From: Albugo candida
Taxonomy: Eukaryota
DNA: 64,000 bases
Reading direction: 5' to 3'
Assembly (NCBI GenBank): GCA_040437565.1
Contig: JBDOQK010000003.1
Location: forward strand, 558,001 to 622,000
Shown: positions 36,142-46,899 of the stretch, one piece after another
Numbering within the stretch: position 1 is the first letter of the stretch
Layout of the letters: the number at the start of each line of letters is the position of its first letter
Made by a program: the position numbers and the translations under genes
Notes under the pieces: generated by a model
The model's database searches: none
The model's input: only the letters and a program-made list of their open reading frames with translations
What the model was told of the DNA's origin: nothing

Positions 36142-37862
36142 GGGAATAAAGACGGGGCAGCATTGCGCGTTTGCGCGTTTGTACTCGAAGGGAATCAGTG
36201 AGTTCATACAGTACTGTACATAAATACCAAGTGGATGTGCCAGATACAGTCGATAGCTCCCGCTAGAGAAGAAATTACACTTTTAATTTCTAAGACTTGA
36301 AATCAAAATTGACTACTTCTAGCAACCGATAATCGAGTGCTGGGACCGCCCTTGTTTCATAAGTGCCCTTAACCCCTACAAGTCAAAAAGCTAAGAGTTT
36401 GTGGTTGACGTATAGAAAAGGCTACCAAATTATAGCACACTAGAATCGATTATATATTCGTGTCGCTGAAGACGGGCGATCGAAGAACCGACATCATTCT
36501 CTCTGTCAGGGATGAAGTCCCGCATCGCAATCAGTTGATAAAATCTACTCACCGCTTGTGGCTCAATCAGCAGCCGCCGAACGAACCTAACAGCAGCAGC
36601 TATACCTTGAAAGCCTTGGCGATCGAAAGCGAACCTAACACCACCTCTCCTACGATGTCTTTCTTTGCTCAAGCAATTGGTAGGCCCAGATTTTGTAGAA
36701 AAATGCTAGCTAGTAAACTTCCCAAGTACGGATTTTTCGTAAATTAATCTTCAACGTTCTGCACATAAAGTCGCAAGACCGGCTATGTAACTTTTCGTCA
36801 ATATAGCATTTTCTGCTGCTTTCGAACGGTATGAAAGACTGGCAAAACTCATCCGATGCTGACCCATCTAGCAAGAATTTGAATACGCTCCATCTTACAG
36901 TCATGCTGTAAACTTGCAAAATCGTCTGTGTGAAATGACAGCTTGTCCTTGTTGCCTCCGCCACCTCCGAAAAACTACGGTGGACCGAATGATAACGTTT
37001 GCGTCAAAGGATGTAAGATCTCAAAGGTCACGACAAGAGGAGCAGTCAGATAAGACGCCAGCGAGCACTACGCAATATCAGGAAAACATGGTCGCGAAAT
37101 TAAGGTATTTGTTCAAAAGGCCTGCAAATCGACGATGTTTAGGAAGAAACGAAGATAGAGTGCAAGGGGCCTTCGCAGGAAATGGAAATAAAGCTGGACG
37201 CTCTCTTTGCAATGGCATCCATTCTGATCGATGACTTTTCTCTCGTTACTGCACCAAGCAATGAATAAAGCGTTACAAAGCCGTACGCACGAGTCACGAT
37301 GTACTATCAAACTTACTTCCAGCAAACCAGCTGCTTCGTGGAGCACGTTTGGATTCACTAATTATCGAGCATAATCGGTCTGGATGAAAGTTTTGATCAT
37401 AATCAAGCCTGGACCAGAGGTAGAAACCGTAAATGTAGTAGGGGTCTGATGAGCTGAGCGCGACTATACTGCGTTTCTAAACGAGAAAGACTGCAAGGAA
37501 TATCAGTATACGCATTCCGTATTCTCATTGTTTATGATTTTATCAAGTCATAAACATAAAAGGCATCAGTATCGGATATTTTGTCCAATGAGAGCGTTAA
37601 CAACGACGATTCATGACCTCTTGTGCGCTGGAATGACCTCAGACTTCTGAGCACATTTTGATGCAGAACTCGAATTCTACAAACTTGATAAATTAAAATT
37701 TATTGCGGCAAAGGAGTTTCCATTGGCCATATGCATGCAATAGCGTACTTTAACATGCTTCAGCTTCCTTCAAATTTTATAAATAATCGAATGTTCGATA
37801 TAGAATGTCAAACGTTGGATGCGTCCAGTTCTGCTTTTTTGATCAGCTTTACTAATTGCTGG

Positions 37863-37878
37863 TCATTTTCGCACATTC
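37863..37878 (+). promoter_or_regulatory. INR+FPR-like core promoter of the secreted-protein gene
   Basis: TCATTTTCGCACATTC starts 32 nt upstream of ATG 37895. Confidence 0.55.
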
Positions 37879-37894
37879 ACCATCAAGCACCTAG

Positions 37895-38620
37895 ATGCCT
37901 CGAACACTAGCAATATTACTGAGCCTTATTTGCGCAAACGCGAAACCTCAATCCCGGATTCTTGGGACTGGCTCTAGCAAAGCCTTAGATTCTCAGAACG
38001 TCAAGTGTGGTGACGATTCATTCGATTGTATTGCTTTGAGATGGAAAGAGCGTTGTTCTCAATCAGTAAATGAAGAAGAATGCGGGAAGATCATAAGTAT
38101 ACTCGAATCGATGGCAAAAATATTGGCAGAACTGTATAAACAATTCAGACCTACCGCTCAAGCAATGCAACATACCCGTTCCCTGGCTAATGACGTCACG
38201 GATGTGACTCAAATAAATAAGGAATTATGTGCATGCCTCCAAGAACCTGCTCCCGAGGTGCCGAAGGATAGCTTCTATGTGAAAGCTCGTGATACCATTT
38301 CTTCTTCTTTGGAAAGTATTCAAGGTGTACTATCGAAATTTACAACCATCGTGCGGGATAATGAACCTAGTTTGGATACAATACGTTTCTTTGCAACTAT
38401 GTGTGCGGGCCTGAATGCAATCGTAGGTGAATCTCCCGACTCTGTCATGGCTGCTATTCGAAAAATAGCTGTAATATCCATCAAGTCAAACGTTCAGGGT
38501 TATATACTCGCCTTTATGATTGATCCACTCTTCAGATACTTGGACAAGCTCGATGAGCGTCAACGACACGCAGATGCTTTCGTAAGAACAGGACATCGAC
38601 GCTCACTGGTCATTACATGA
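37895..38620 (+). CDS. Secreted cysteine-containing protein, candidate effector (241 aa, intronless)
   Basis: Signal-peptide-like MPRTLAILLSLICANA. C-x6-C-x8-C-x8-C cluster followed by a helical-looking body. Has a core promoter and lies in gene-sparse DNA. Confidence 0.75.
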   Translation: MPRTLAILLSLICANAKPQSRILGTGSSKALDSQNVKCGDDSFDCIALRWKERCSQSVNEEECGKIISILESMAKILAELYKQFRPTAQAMQHTRSLANDVTDVTQINKELCACLQEPAPEVPKDSFYVKARDTISSSLESIQGVLSKFTTIVRDNEPSLDTIRFFATMCAGLNAIVGESPDSVMAAIRKIAVISIKSNVQGYILAFMIDPLFRYLDKLDERQRHADAFVRTGHRRSLVIT

Positions 38621-39243
38621 AGACTAGAAAGCACACATCAGATGGATTCGGTCAGACCACATAACCTGCAAAAAAAATCGCTTTTATGCGCCGAACTCGC
38701 CCTCGTTGCTAGTCTTTCTCTATTTCTTTCGCATCCAGCACTAGTATTCATGATCGATGTCAAAGTTATAGTATTTGACAGGATCTTGCTGCCTAAACCA
38801 TAGCTCTGCTATCGTAAGCTGATCTTGCATTGACTGAATCCTTCCATCCAGCCGTCTCATTTGTATCTAACTCATGGCATTATCTACAAGTCCAACATTT
38901 CAGATTCTTGCGTTTAGCATTGTGTGCCGTTCGTTGTCGTTCCATCAAATGTTCTGTTGGATAGGTCCGTGGGAGGTGTGGTGAGTTTACTAAAGTCGTC
39001 TTGCCTGTAGTTCGTTCTTTCTATGCAAGAAGGACGAAAACCGTGAAGTTACATGCTCTGTCTTGTTTCGCCGTCAAAATCATTTGTCCAATGACCTTTT
39101 TTATTTTTTTATTTCTTTTTTATATTTTTTTTCTTAAAAAAATTACTATAAACTGAGCTGATATTCCGTTTGAGTCAACTAGAAATGTGAACCGATTCCT
39201 TGGAAATATTTCAGATACTCATCCAACGTCGTCTCATTTTCAG

Positions 39244-40544
39244 CCTAGGAGAAAGCAGAGGCAGAAGTTCGAATTGGAAAAAGATGTCGATGATCCTTCC
39301 TTTTTGAAAGAAGTAGAAGATAAACTGCAGCGGCCGGTGAAAACTCTCAATAAAAAGTTTCTCGTTTTATCGACGAAACAGATAAATTACCTATCGTATC
39401 GACTGCATGCTGTCTTGCAGCCAAACCGGAGTCCAGAGACTCAATTGATAGAAACGTGGGCTATCCAGTCTCAGTATCGTATCGAAATTGATTACGAATG
39501 TGCATAATCAGCCGTTACAGCGTCATCAAACTGCTCACGTTACTGTTCTCAAGCTGTTCACGATATTAGATAAAGTCAAATGCCTCCATATCATCAACCA
39601 CAAATCGAAGTGATCGAAGCAGCGGATCTGGAGATTTTTCATCACTTGATGCGATAGAAATACGGAAAATGCACGCAAAGGTATTGAGCCATTTGTATCT
39701 TTTTGCGCAAACAGTAAGAAGCTATGTGTAGAACAAATCCAAATGAAATGCCTGCGCCAAGTCCCTTTCACTAAATGGGAAAGCAGAGACTGGAAAGCTC
39801 TGAATGCACTAACGATCTGGAGCTGCGACGAATTCGGTATTATCGATGCATCTATCAATTCGCTCAAGGCTATTACAAGTATCGATTTTGGATGGAATCG
39901 TAACACTTCAATCTCAAGTTTTTTGGAGGCCTCGGGTTTGAAGCATTTTTGCTTCAGTCATAATCAGCTATCTGCAATATCAGCAATGAATACGCTCACA
40001 CAGTTAAAGACCTTGAATCTTCTAATAAAACACTTACACGACGACCTCATCACAAATAGAAATGCTTTTCTAGTTGAGCGATCGCATGGAGCTCGACTGT
40101 AAACGTTATAGTTTTACTGGGAAAAAAACTGATAAGTGTCGAAACTCAAGTCAATCATACAGGACGACTTGGATAATGGTATAGAGTCTGATAGCACTGC
40201 AGTGGGACCTGAATCGGGCAGTAAAAAGACATTCAAAGTTGCTTGGAGTACCCTGCTTTGGAGGTCACATCATCTTCAAATCGCAAAGTTGATGATTAAT
40301 GTACCGACATATGCAACCCAGGCTTTTGTACAGACACAAATATTCTTTCATCCTCGATTCCGTTAAAACCAAATTGACACTTCACGATGCCCAGGGACAG
40401 GTCTTCGATCCGAGTCAAATTGTTTACACTCTGTACCAGTATATTGAGGCTTCGAGGTGGCTGAAGGTGGGTGCTGCGGCTTTTGATCAGCGACTTGAGA
40501 ACGAACTGGTATTGGATGCTGCTAAGGTTACGTACTCGATCTAA
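39244..40544 (+). pseudogene. Decayed or unresolved multi-exon leucine-rich-repeat gene
   Basis: LRR-like pieces LKAITSIDFGWNRNTSIS, LKHFCFSHNQLSAISAMNTLTQLKTLNL and LDKVKCLHIIN/QIEVIE. No continuous frame could be built because of stops and frame changes. Boundaries are approximate. Confidence 0.4.
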
Positions 40545-41409
40545 GTCTCAGTAAAATTTACGTTCTTAGGTATATCATAATATTGCGATGTCAATGTCAG
40601 ACAACAATTTGTTGCAATTTTATTATCCGAGAATCTGTTCTAAATTGTAGACAATCGGCAAACATAGCTTTCTGATTATATCGCAGAATCGGAAAGGATC
40701 TATTGTGCTGAAATATCCGAATATTGAGCAGTAAGCCTAAATTCAATAGAAGTATCAAATATGACATTATATTCCAAGCGAAACGCGAACGACTCGTAGT
40801 CAAGATTTCTATGAGCCTTCTCAGTCAATCATGTGATTTAGGATGTTGCTCTTATTTACCATGCTTGATCCAAGCGGAAAATATGGACTCAGTCCTGATA
40901 AAATTATCCTAATCCTCACAATAACGGTCCTGATGCAATGTAAAATGCTCAATGTACATACGTGAGCTCAGAAATAGAGTAAAAGCGATCCAGCGTGCAC
41001 CGAATCATCGAGCACATCAAGCTGACTGCTGATCTCATCGATCGCTATCTTATAATGGCGCAAACTGATACAATGAACTTTCGAGGATGGCGCTAACCAT
41101 AATCGGCGAGATATAATTCCTTGTGCATCAACCGCATCGAGGCTTCTACAAGCCATAAGGAGTACAGATGTTAGAAAACGACATAGGCAGTGCGCTCAAT
41201 TCCAAGCCTATAACTATAACCGTCACGTAAATGACACAAATCATCTCATAAAAACCCTTGACCTATTATATACCACAGACTTTATCTGTAAAAATCTATT
41301 AGAAAGCCAGTGCCAGGAGAAAGTCAGAATAATACGCTGACCGAAGACTTTACTGGGGACGAGGGAGAGAAGAAGGGAGTCTGCAAGGACAACACTCTAC
41401 TCGAACTGA

Positions 41410-41424
41410 TCACTTATCATTTGA
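41410..41424 (+). promoter_or_regulatory. INR+FPR-like core promoter
   Basis: TCACTTATCATTTGA starts 51 nt upstream of ATG 41461. Confidence 0.5.
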
Positions 41425-41460
41425 GAAAGAAGACATTACTTTGATACATTAGTACTCAGA

Positions 41461-44400
41461 ATGCCTCTTGCAGCCGATCCTGTGAGCAGTGGTAACACTG
41501 CCTCAGCTCATAAACGACTTATACCAGAGTCAGCAATCGAAAGTAATACTCCTGTTGCTCTGAATGGTACCTCACAGAAACTTCAATTCTCCAAATGCAA
41601 CCACTGCGAACATGAACTGGCTCCATCTGACGAATTTTGCATATTTTGTGGAGCAAAGATCGATGCGAAGTTAACCAAAGCTAAAGATAGTCGCATCGAC
41701 GTGGCCGGACAATCAAAGCCAAAAATAACAAAGCCGGAAATTCAGGCGAATGCGAACCAGGCTAGACAAAGAGTACCAACACCGGACAATCAGACGAAGC
41801 CAAAGTCTGGGGCGAGAGCGCCCAGAAGCCATCATCAATCGGATCGAAGCAGAAATAACTCGTCACGAGTGCCAATTACAGCCAATAAAGAAGTCTCCGA
41901 GAGAAGTTTGGCGTATTCACATCACCCCGCTGGTCAGAGTCCTTCTAGTTCGCGTTATGAAGAGTGTGGCGCCGAAGTCGCTTTACTAGATCAGCTTTGG
42001 GTTCCTGATAGCTTCTCGAGTGCTTGCATGGACTGTAATATTGCATTTGGATTCCCAAAAGCACGGCGTCATCATTGTCGAGTTTGTGGCCTACTCTACT
42101 GTCGAGCTTGCCTACAAAACAAGATGGAAGTACCCCGGTCATTTGGATATGGAGATACGTCTCAGAGATGCTGTCGGAATTGTGTGACGGCTTTGCAGCT
42201 GAAAACCATTACCTCTCCAGCCGATGTTTTTGCTCAGCGCCGTGGCCCGAATCGATCACCGACGGCCTCATCGCAGGTAGCCACTTATTATGGAGTCTTA
42301 CAAGTTGGTAAGGAAGCAACCCCTGAACAGATTAAACGTCAATACCAGACCTTGCTTGGCTGCCAGAACGATCCAAAAAAGGTTTCACAGCTGAAGGAAG
42401 CTTTTGCTCATCTCCGAGACCCACTGAAACGACAGGAGCTCGACGAGAAAATGGAAATCTGTGGATCCTTGATTGAAAACGAATCTTCTTACGCTACACA
42501 AGCTATTCCGACCGATATGGTTCGAAGTGATCAAACAGAGTGCCAAATATGTTTTCGTCCATTCAAATTTGGTCGGCGCCAACATCATTGTCGGCGATGT
42601 ACTCGTAGTGTCTGTAATACTTGCTCTGAAGGATCAAAACCTATCCCAGAGCTTGGTTTTCCTAATGCGGTGCGCCATTGCAACCCGTGCATATCCAACC
42701 CACCAAAATTTATTCAACCGATCATGGACCCTGTGACCAAACCACCACCAGGGTTTGAATATCTTTCTCGTCTTGATATTCGGATTTCGGTACGCAACCT
42801 TGCTGACTCGGCAGGCATGAGCGCTATGTCCAATGCCAGCAAAAGTAGCGATCGATCAGATGACGATCTGTATCATGTGAAAACGTACTGCGAACCAAAC
42901 GATGCTGTTTCAAAGAAAATCAATTACACAATCACGGACGCAGATCGTGCAGTCGCTAATGATTATAATATTATTCAAAATCGAGCTATGAGTGATTTTG
43001 AATGGTTATTTGCTTCGTTGGGCAACTACACCAACATTAAGGCGCTACCTTTTTTCCCAGATCGCAAAATTCTACGAAATGAACGTGATTCGGGCTCATC
43101 TATATTACAAGGATTTTTATTTGGATGTTTACTTCACCCTCTACTCCGTGATGCAGATTGTTTTAAAGCGTTCCTCGTGCTACCCACAGAAGAATTTAGC
43201 AAATACCGACGATCAGAGAAGCAATTGTTGTATGACAATGAAAAGTACAATGACATTATCACAGCGATGCGGTTAGAGTTTGAACGCGCGCAAATCCGTC
43301 GTAAGATTGAAGGGCTTAAAGAACGTCGCGAAGCTCATGAACGGCGGCTACAAGATCAGAAAACACGTTTAGCACATCAAAAAAGGCGAGAAGAGGGTCA
43401 GTTTAAGCGGCGACAGCAAGCTACAGATCGATTCCATGCGCTCGAGTCTCGCAAAGACACTCAGCTCGATCGAATGTACCGAGAGAAAGATCGTCTTCAG
43501 CAACAATCGGACGCACCTCATATTCTCTTCTTTGACACGGTAAATGATGTAACCATACGAAACACAGAGGAAGATTCTCGCGGTAAAGAAAAAGTCGAAT
43601 TTCGTATCTCTAAAGATACTTTTCAAAATGATACCAGTGAGTGGAATCAAGATATGGCTCTGTGGAGCAAACATCGTGCAAACTGGTCCGAACACCACAA
43701 TCCTGCAGTTTCGAAAGATATTGCGAATGAATGGATTATCAAGTCGTACGGTGTGTACCTGTTCAAAGCAGGCAATGAAGCTGCCGATGTTCCACGTGAG
43801 TTGATTCAAATGCACAAGAAAATGCTTGGTATGCAAGAAGAAGAGCCGGGGTTTTTGGAAGAGGAGGGTCTCGCTCTCGATGATGAATGGATGAAACTGG
43901 CTAAAGAACGAGAGCATTGGGCTACGGACAGAAGCAATATGAAGCGTGAGGATGAATTATGCAAGGACGAAGATCTACGATTCAAACAAGAGCATTCATA
44001 CGTGGTACAAGAGAAGGAAGCTCGTGAGAAGAAAAAGGCTTCTATAGAACAGAATTTGAAAACGCTCAAGCACCAAATTTTGTCCCGATCCAAATTTATT
44101 GCTCAACGAAGAGAACAGCATCAGAATCTGAAGGATGAGTTCGAAAAAGAGTGGCGAGTGGCTCAGCGTAAACGAAGGCATGAGACAAAAGCGCGTCTAA
44201 CAGCACACGAACAGCGTATCGAACGCTCGAAAAAACGGTCAGATATATTCCGAGACCAACTAAAGAGACAAATCGAAAGTGAGCGACTGCTTCTGTTCAA
44301 ACGTGCCTTGCTGTCCACAGAGCGTAGTGAAGATGGTCACAACTTTAAAGAAGACCAAGAAGACAACACAAATGCTTTGGAAGCATGTCGCAACGCTCGA

Positions 44401-46623
44401 TCAGTGACACCCGAATATATCGCTCGTCTGGAAGCTGATTTAATTGATTGCGGCGAAGAAGTACGGAGCGTGATGGAAAATAACAAGCGAACTTCCGACG
44501 AAGGTGATGACTCGGTTATTGATGAACGCGATGAATTCATGAATCAAGTTCGGTCTCGACGGAAGCAGTTCCAGAAACAATTGGATCAACAGCGGGATGA
44601 GCTCGACAGGGAAGAAATGTCGTGCAGTTCTCTACTCAAGTATATCAAGTCTTATCTTGCGAAATTGAATGATGAAGTTGTACTTGGAACTACTGAAAAG
44701 GAATTGATAGAGGCATTTCAGGCAACAATGAAACAAGAGGAAGAATTATTAAAGGAAGAAACGATAAGACGAGAAGAGAAGAAGGAAGCAATTGATAATG
44801 CTATCAGCAGCTCTGGGACTTGGGTCATGGGGGCTCTGCACGAGCATTCGAAACGGAAGAAGAAAGAATCAGAACGTCTGCTGAAGCAAGCTGTACGTGC
44901 TGCCGAACTACAGAAACTGGTGCAGCATTTCACACGTCGTGTGGTTGACCAAGAAGAGCGTATTGTACGCCAGAAACATCGTTTGATCAAATGCGAACAC
45001 AAAATAGAAATGCTGAAAAGCTCTGAGAATTGGTATGAATATGTGACCGGATCCGTGGATATGCAAGGAAAGAGAGATGCCAAGTTATTGGAGGAGAGTC
45101 ATGCCCAACGCCAGGCTGATCTTAAGGAAGCCGCAAGATTGCACAAGGAGGATCAAGCAGACAATGTCTCGGTTCGGAAAGATCTCGACAGGTCCATAGC
45201 TTTTGGGCAGCTAAAGGAAGACAAACGAGCGATTTGGACACGAGTGAAGAGCATTTACGACATTACAAATCCACAAGAGAAAGATGAAGATGTATCAATG
45301 ACATCACAGACTCGCGACCTGCTACAACAACTGGAGGAAGCTTTCGATATCTTGACAACCCGCTTGTCAGAAGAAAACGATAGCCTGCAGCATGCGACCA
45401 TACAACTGAATGGAGAGATTGATTCTATCAAATCTTTTATGGAACGCATGGATAGTGAAGAAAATAGCCTGGCAGCTATTGAAAAAGCTACTCTCAGCAA
45501 AGAAAACCAAGCAATACATCAAGAAAAAGAGCTTATCGAGCGACGTGCACGTTCTCTCATTGATGATTACAAGCAATCTCTGAAGCATTATCACGATAAC
45601 TCTGCTGAGGTAGATACCATCAAAACACGACGCTTAGCAAGAGAATCTTCGCCAAAGTTGCGCACAGCCGAAGTGGAAGCGGCCAGAAAACTGATCAAAG
45701 CGAAGAATTTTTACGATGGGCGTGCATGCACTGACTTTGCGCGCAATTTCGGAATTGATCAGGAAATGAGAGATGTTCGGCAAGTGTTTGATTGGCTTCG
45801 TAGAGCCTCTGAAACAGATATTCGCAAATCGGACCTTTGGTTGGACACAAGTCGGATGGACCGAAGGCAGATCGCAATTGTCAGGAAAAAAATATTGCAA
45901 ATGGACAGGGAGCAAGATATACTCTCCAAGATTCCAGCAGTGAAAGCAGTCCAAGAGAAAATTGCAAAAAGTAAACCTGCATCATCAAATTCGCTACAAC
46001 GTGTTCCTTCAGGCTCCAGTCAACGCGGTGATGCTGGCTCAGAAGTGAATGCTCAGACTGAAAAATGGATTATAGCGCTCATTGAATTGCATCAGAAAGT
46101 ATCCGACATGGACCAAAAAGTCGTATTCATGATTGATTCCGCAATTGAAGCAGCAAAAAATGAAGAAAAGATTGTCTGTGATAACCGGCGCAGATTCACA
46201 AAAGAGAAAGAATGGGCTTTGAGTTCCATTCGCTATATCGACCAAGAAGCACGCGGTATTCGGGCAGGTCGCCATATTGATCTCGCAGACGATGTCGCTG
46301 TGAATACAGCACGTCCTCTTATCGCAAATGCAATGAAGTCAAATGATTCAGCACAAAAGGGCGCGTTATCTCGAGCTGAATCAGCAAGAGGAAACGAGGA
46401 GCGCAGTAGACCAGTGAAAACCCAGAAGCTAGTCAGAGCCAAATCCACATCACCATCGAAAAAAAGCGACAAGAATGCTTTTGACACCAATTCACGCAGT
46501 ACATCTTTGAGAAACTCACCATCTGCAACTGGAAAAGAAAACACACAATGCACTTCTCCAGTGGGAAAGGCTGGGTCGAATGTAGCTTTTGTAAAGCCGA
46601 TTTCACACAGTGAAGAATTATAA
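41461..46623 (+). CDS. Zinc ribbon + FYVE + J-like + FYVE + PX + long coiled-coil protein (1720 aa)
   Basis: CNHC...FCIFCG. WVPD..CMDC..RRHHCRVCG..C. YYGVLQVGKEAT..IKRQY. CQIC..RRQHHCRRC. PX-like RAMSDFEWL...LPFFPDRK...HPLLRD...AFL. About 900 aa of E/R/K-rich coil. Confidence 0.9.
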   Translation: MPLAADPVSSGNTASAHKRLIPESAIESNTPVALNGTSQKLQFSKCNHCEHELAPSDEFCIFCGAKIDAKLTKAKDSRIDVAGQSKPKITKPEIQANANQARQRVPTPDNQTKPKSGARAPRSHHQSDRSRNNSSRVPITANKEVSERSLAYSHHPAGQSPSSSRYEECGAEVALLDQLWVPDSFSSACMDCNIAFGFPKARRHHCRVCGLLYCRACLQNKMEVPRSFGYGDTSQRCCRNCVTALQLKTITSPADVFAQRRGPNRSPTASSQVATYYGVLQVGKEATPEQIKRQYQTLLGCQNDPKKVSQLKEAFAHLRDPLKRQELDEKMEICGSLIENESSYATQAIPTDMVRSDQTECQICFRPFKFGRRQHHCRRCTRSVCNTCSEGSKPIPELGFPNAVRHCNPCISNPPKFIQPIMDPVTKPPPGFEYLSRLDIRISVRNLADSAGMSAMSNASKSSDRSDDDLYHVKTYCEPNDAVSKKINYTITDADRAVANDYNIIQNRAMSDFEWLFASLGNYTNIKALPFFPDRKILRNERDSGSSILQGFLFGCLLHPLLRDADCFKAFLVLPTEEFSKYRRSEKQLLYDNEKYNDIITAMRLEFERAQIRRKIEGLKERREAHERRLQDQKTRLAHQKRREEGQFKRRQQATDRFHALESRKDTQLDRMYREKDRLQQQSDAPHILFFDTVNDVTIRNTEEDSRGKEKVEFRISKDTFQNDTSEWNQDMALWSKHRANWSEHHNPAVSKDIANEWIIKSYGVYLFKAGNEAADVPRELIQMHKKMLGMQEEEPGFLEEEGLALDDEWMKLAKEREHWATDRSNMKREDELCKDEDLRFKQEHSYVVQEKEAREKKKASIEQNLKTLKHQILSRSKFIAQRREQHQNLKDEFEKEWRVAQRKRRHETKARLTAHEQRIERSKKRSDIFRDQLKRQIESERLLLFKRALLSTERSEDGHNFKEDQEDNTNALEACRNARSVTPEYIARLEADLIDCGEEVRSVMENNKRTSDEGDDSVIDERDEFMNQVRSRRKQFQKQLDQQRDELDREEMSCSSLLKYIKSYLAKLNDEVVLGTTEKELIEAFQATMKQEEELLKEETIRREEKKEAIDNAISSSGTWVMGALHEHSKRKKKESERLLKQAVRAAELQKLVQHFTRRVVDQEERIVRQKHRLIKCEHKIEMLKSSENWYEYVTGSVDMQGKRDAKLLEESHAQRQADLKEAARLHKEDQADNVSVRKDLDRSIAFGQLKEDKRAIWTRVKSIYDITNPQEKDEDVSMTSQTRDLLQQLEEAFDILTTRLSEENDSLQHATIQLNGEIDSIKSFMERMDSEENSLAAIEKATLSKENQAIHQEKELIERRARSLIDDYKQSLKHYHDNSAEVDTIKTRRLARESSPKLRTAEVEAARKLIKAKNFYDGRACTDFARNFGIDQEMRDVRQVFDWLRRASETDIRKSDLWLDTSRMDRRQIAIVRKKILQMDREQDILSKIPAVKAVQEKIAKSKPASSNSLQRVPSGSSQRGDAGSEVNAQTEKWIIALIELHQKVSDMDQKVVFMIDSAIEAAKNEEKIVCDNRRRFTKEKEWALSSIRYIDQEARGIRAGRHIDLADDVAVNTARPLIANAMKSNDSAQKGALSRAESARGNEERSRPVKTQKLVRAKSTSPSKKSDKNAFDTNSRSTSLRNSPSATGKENTQCTSPVGKAGSNVAFVKPISHSEEL

Positions 46624-46729
46624 ATCTAATGATCACGATACACTTAATATTCAAATAGAATCTATTCCTGTTTTGTAATTCTGTAAATTGGTATTTGCAA
46701 ACTTCAAGCAGTTTTGTACGCACAATTAG

Positions 46730-46899
46730 TGTATTCGAACACTATTTGTCTATTCAAACGGGATNNNNNNNNNNNNNNNNNNNNNNNNNNNNNNNNNNNN
46801 NNNNNNNNNNNNNNNNNNNNNNNNNNNNNNNNNNNNNNNNNNNNNNNNNNNNNNNNNNNNNNNNTGTATTCGAACACTATTTGTCTATTCAAACGGGAT
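46730..46899. repeat. Gap-flanking direct duplication 46730..46764 / 46865..46899
   Basis: 35-bp copies around an N100 gap. Confidence 0.85.

Noticed and set aside
39096-39141. T-rich tract
   Set aside because: Low-complexity sequence with no target-site duplication or retroelement ORF nearby.
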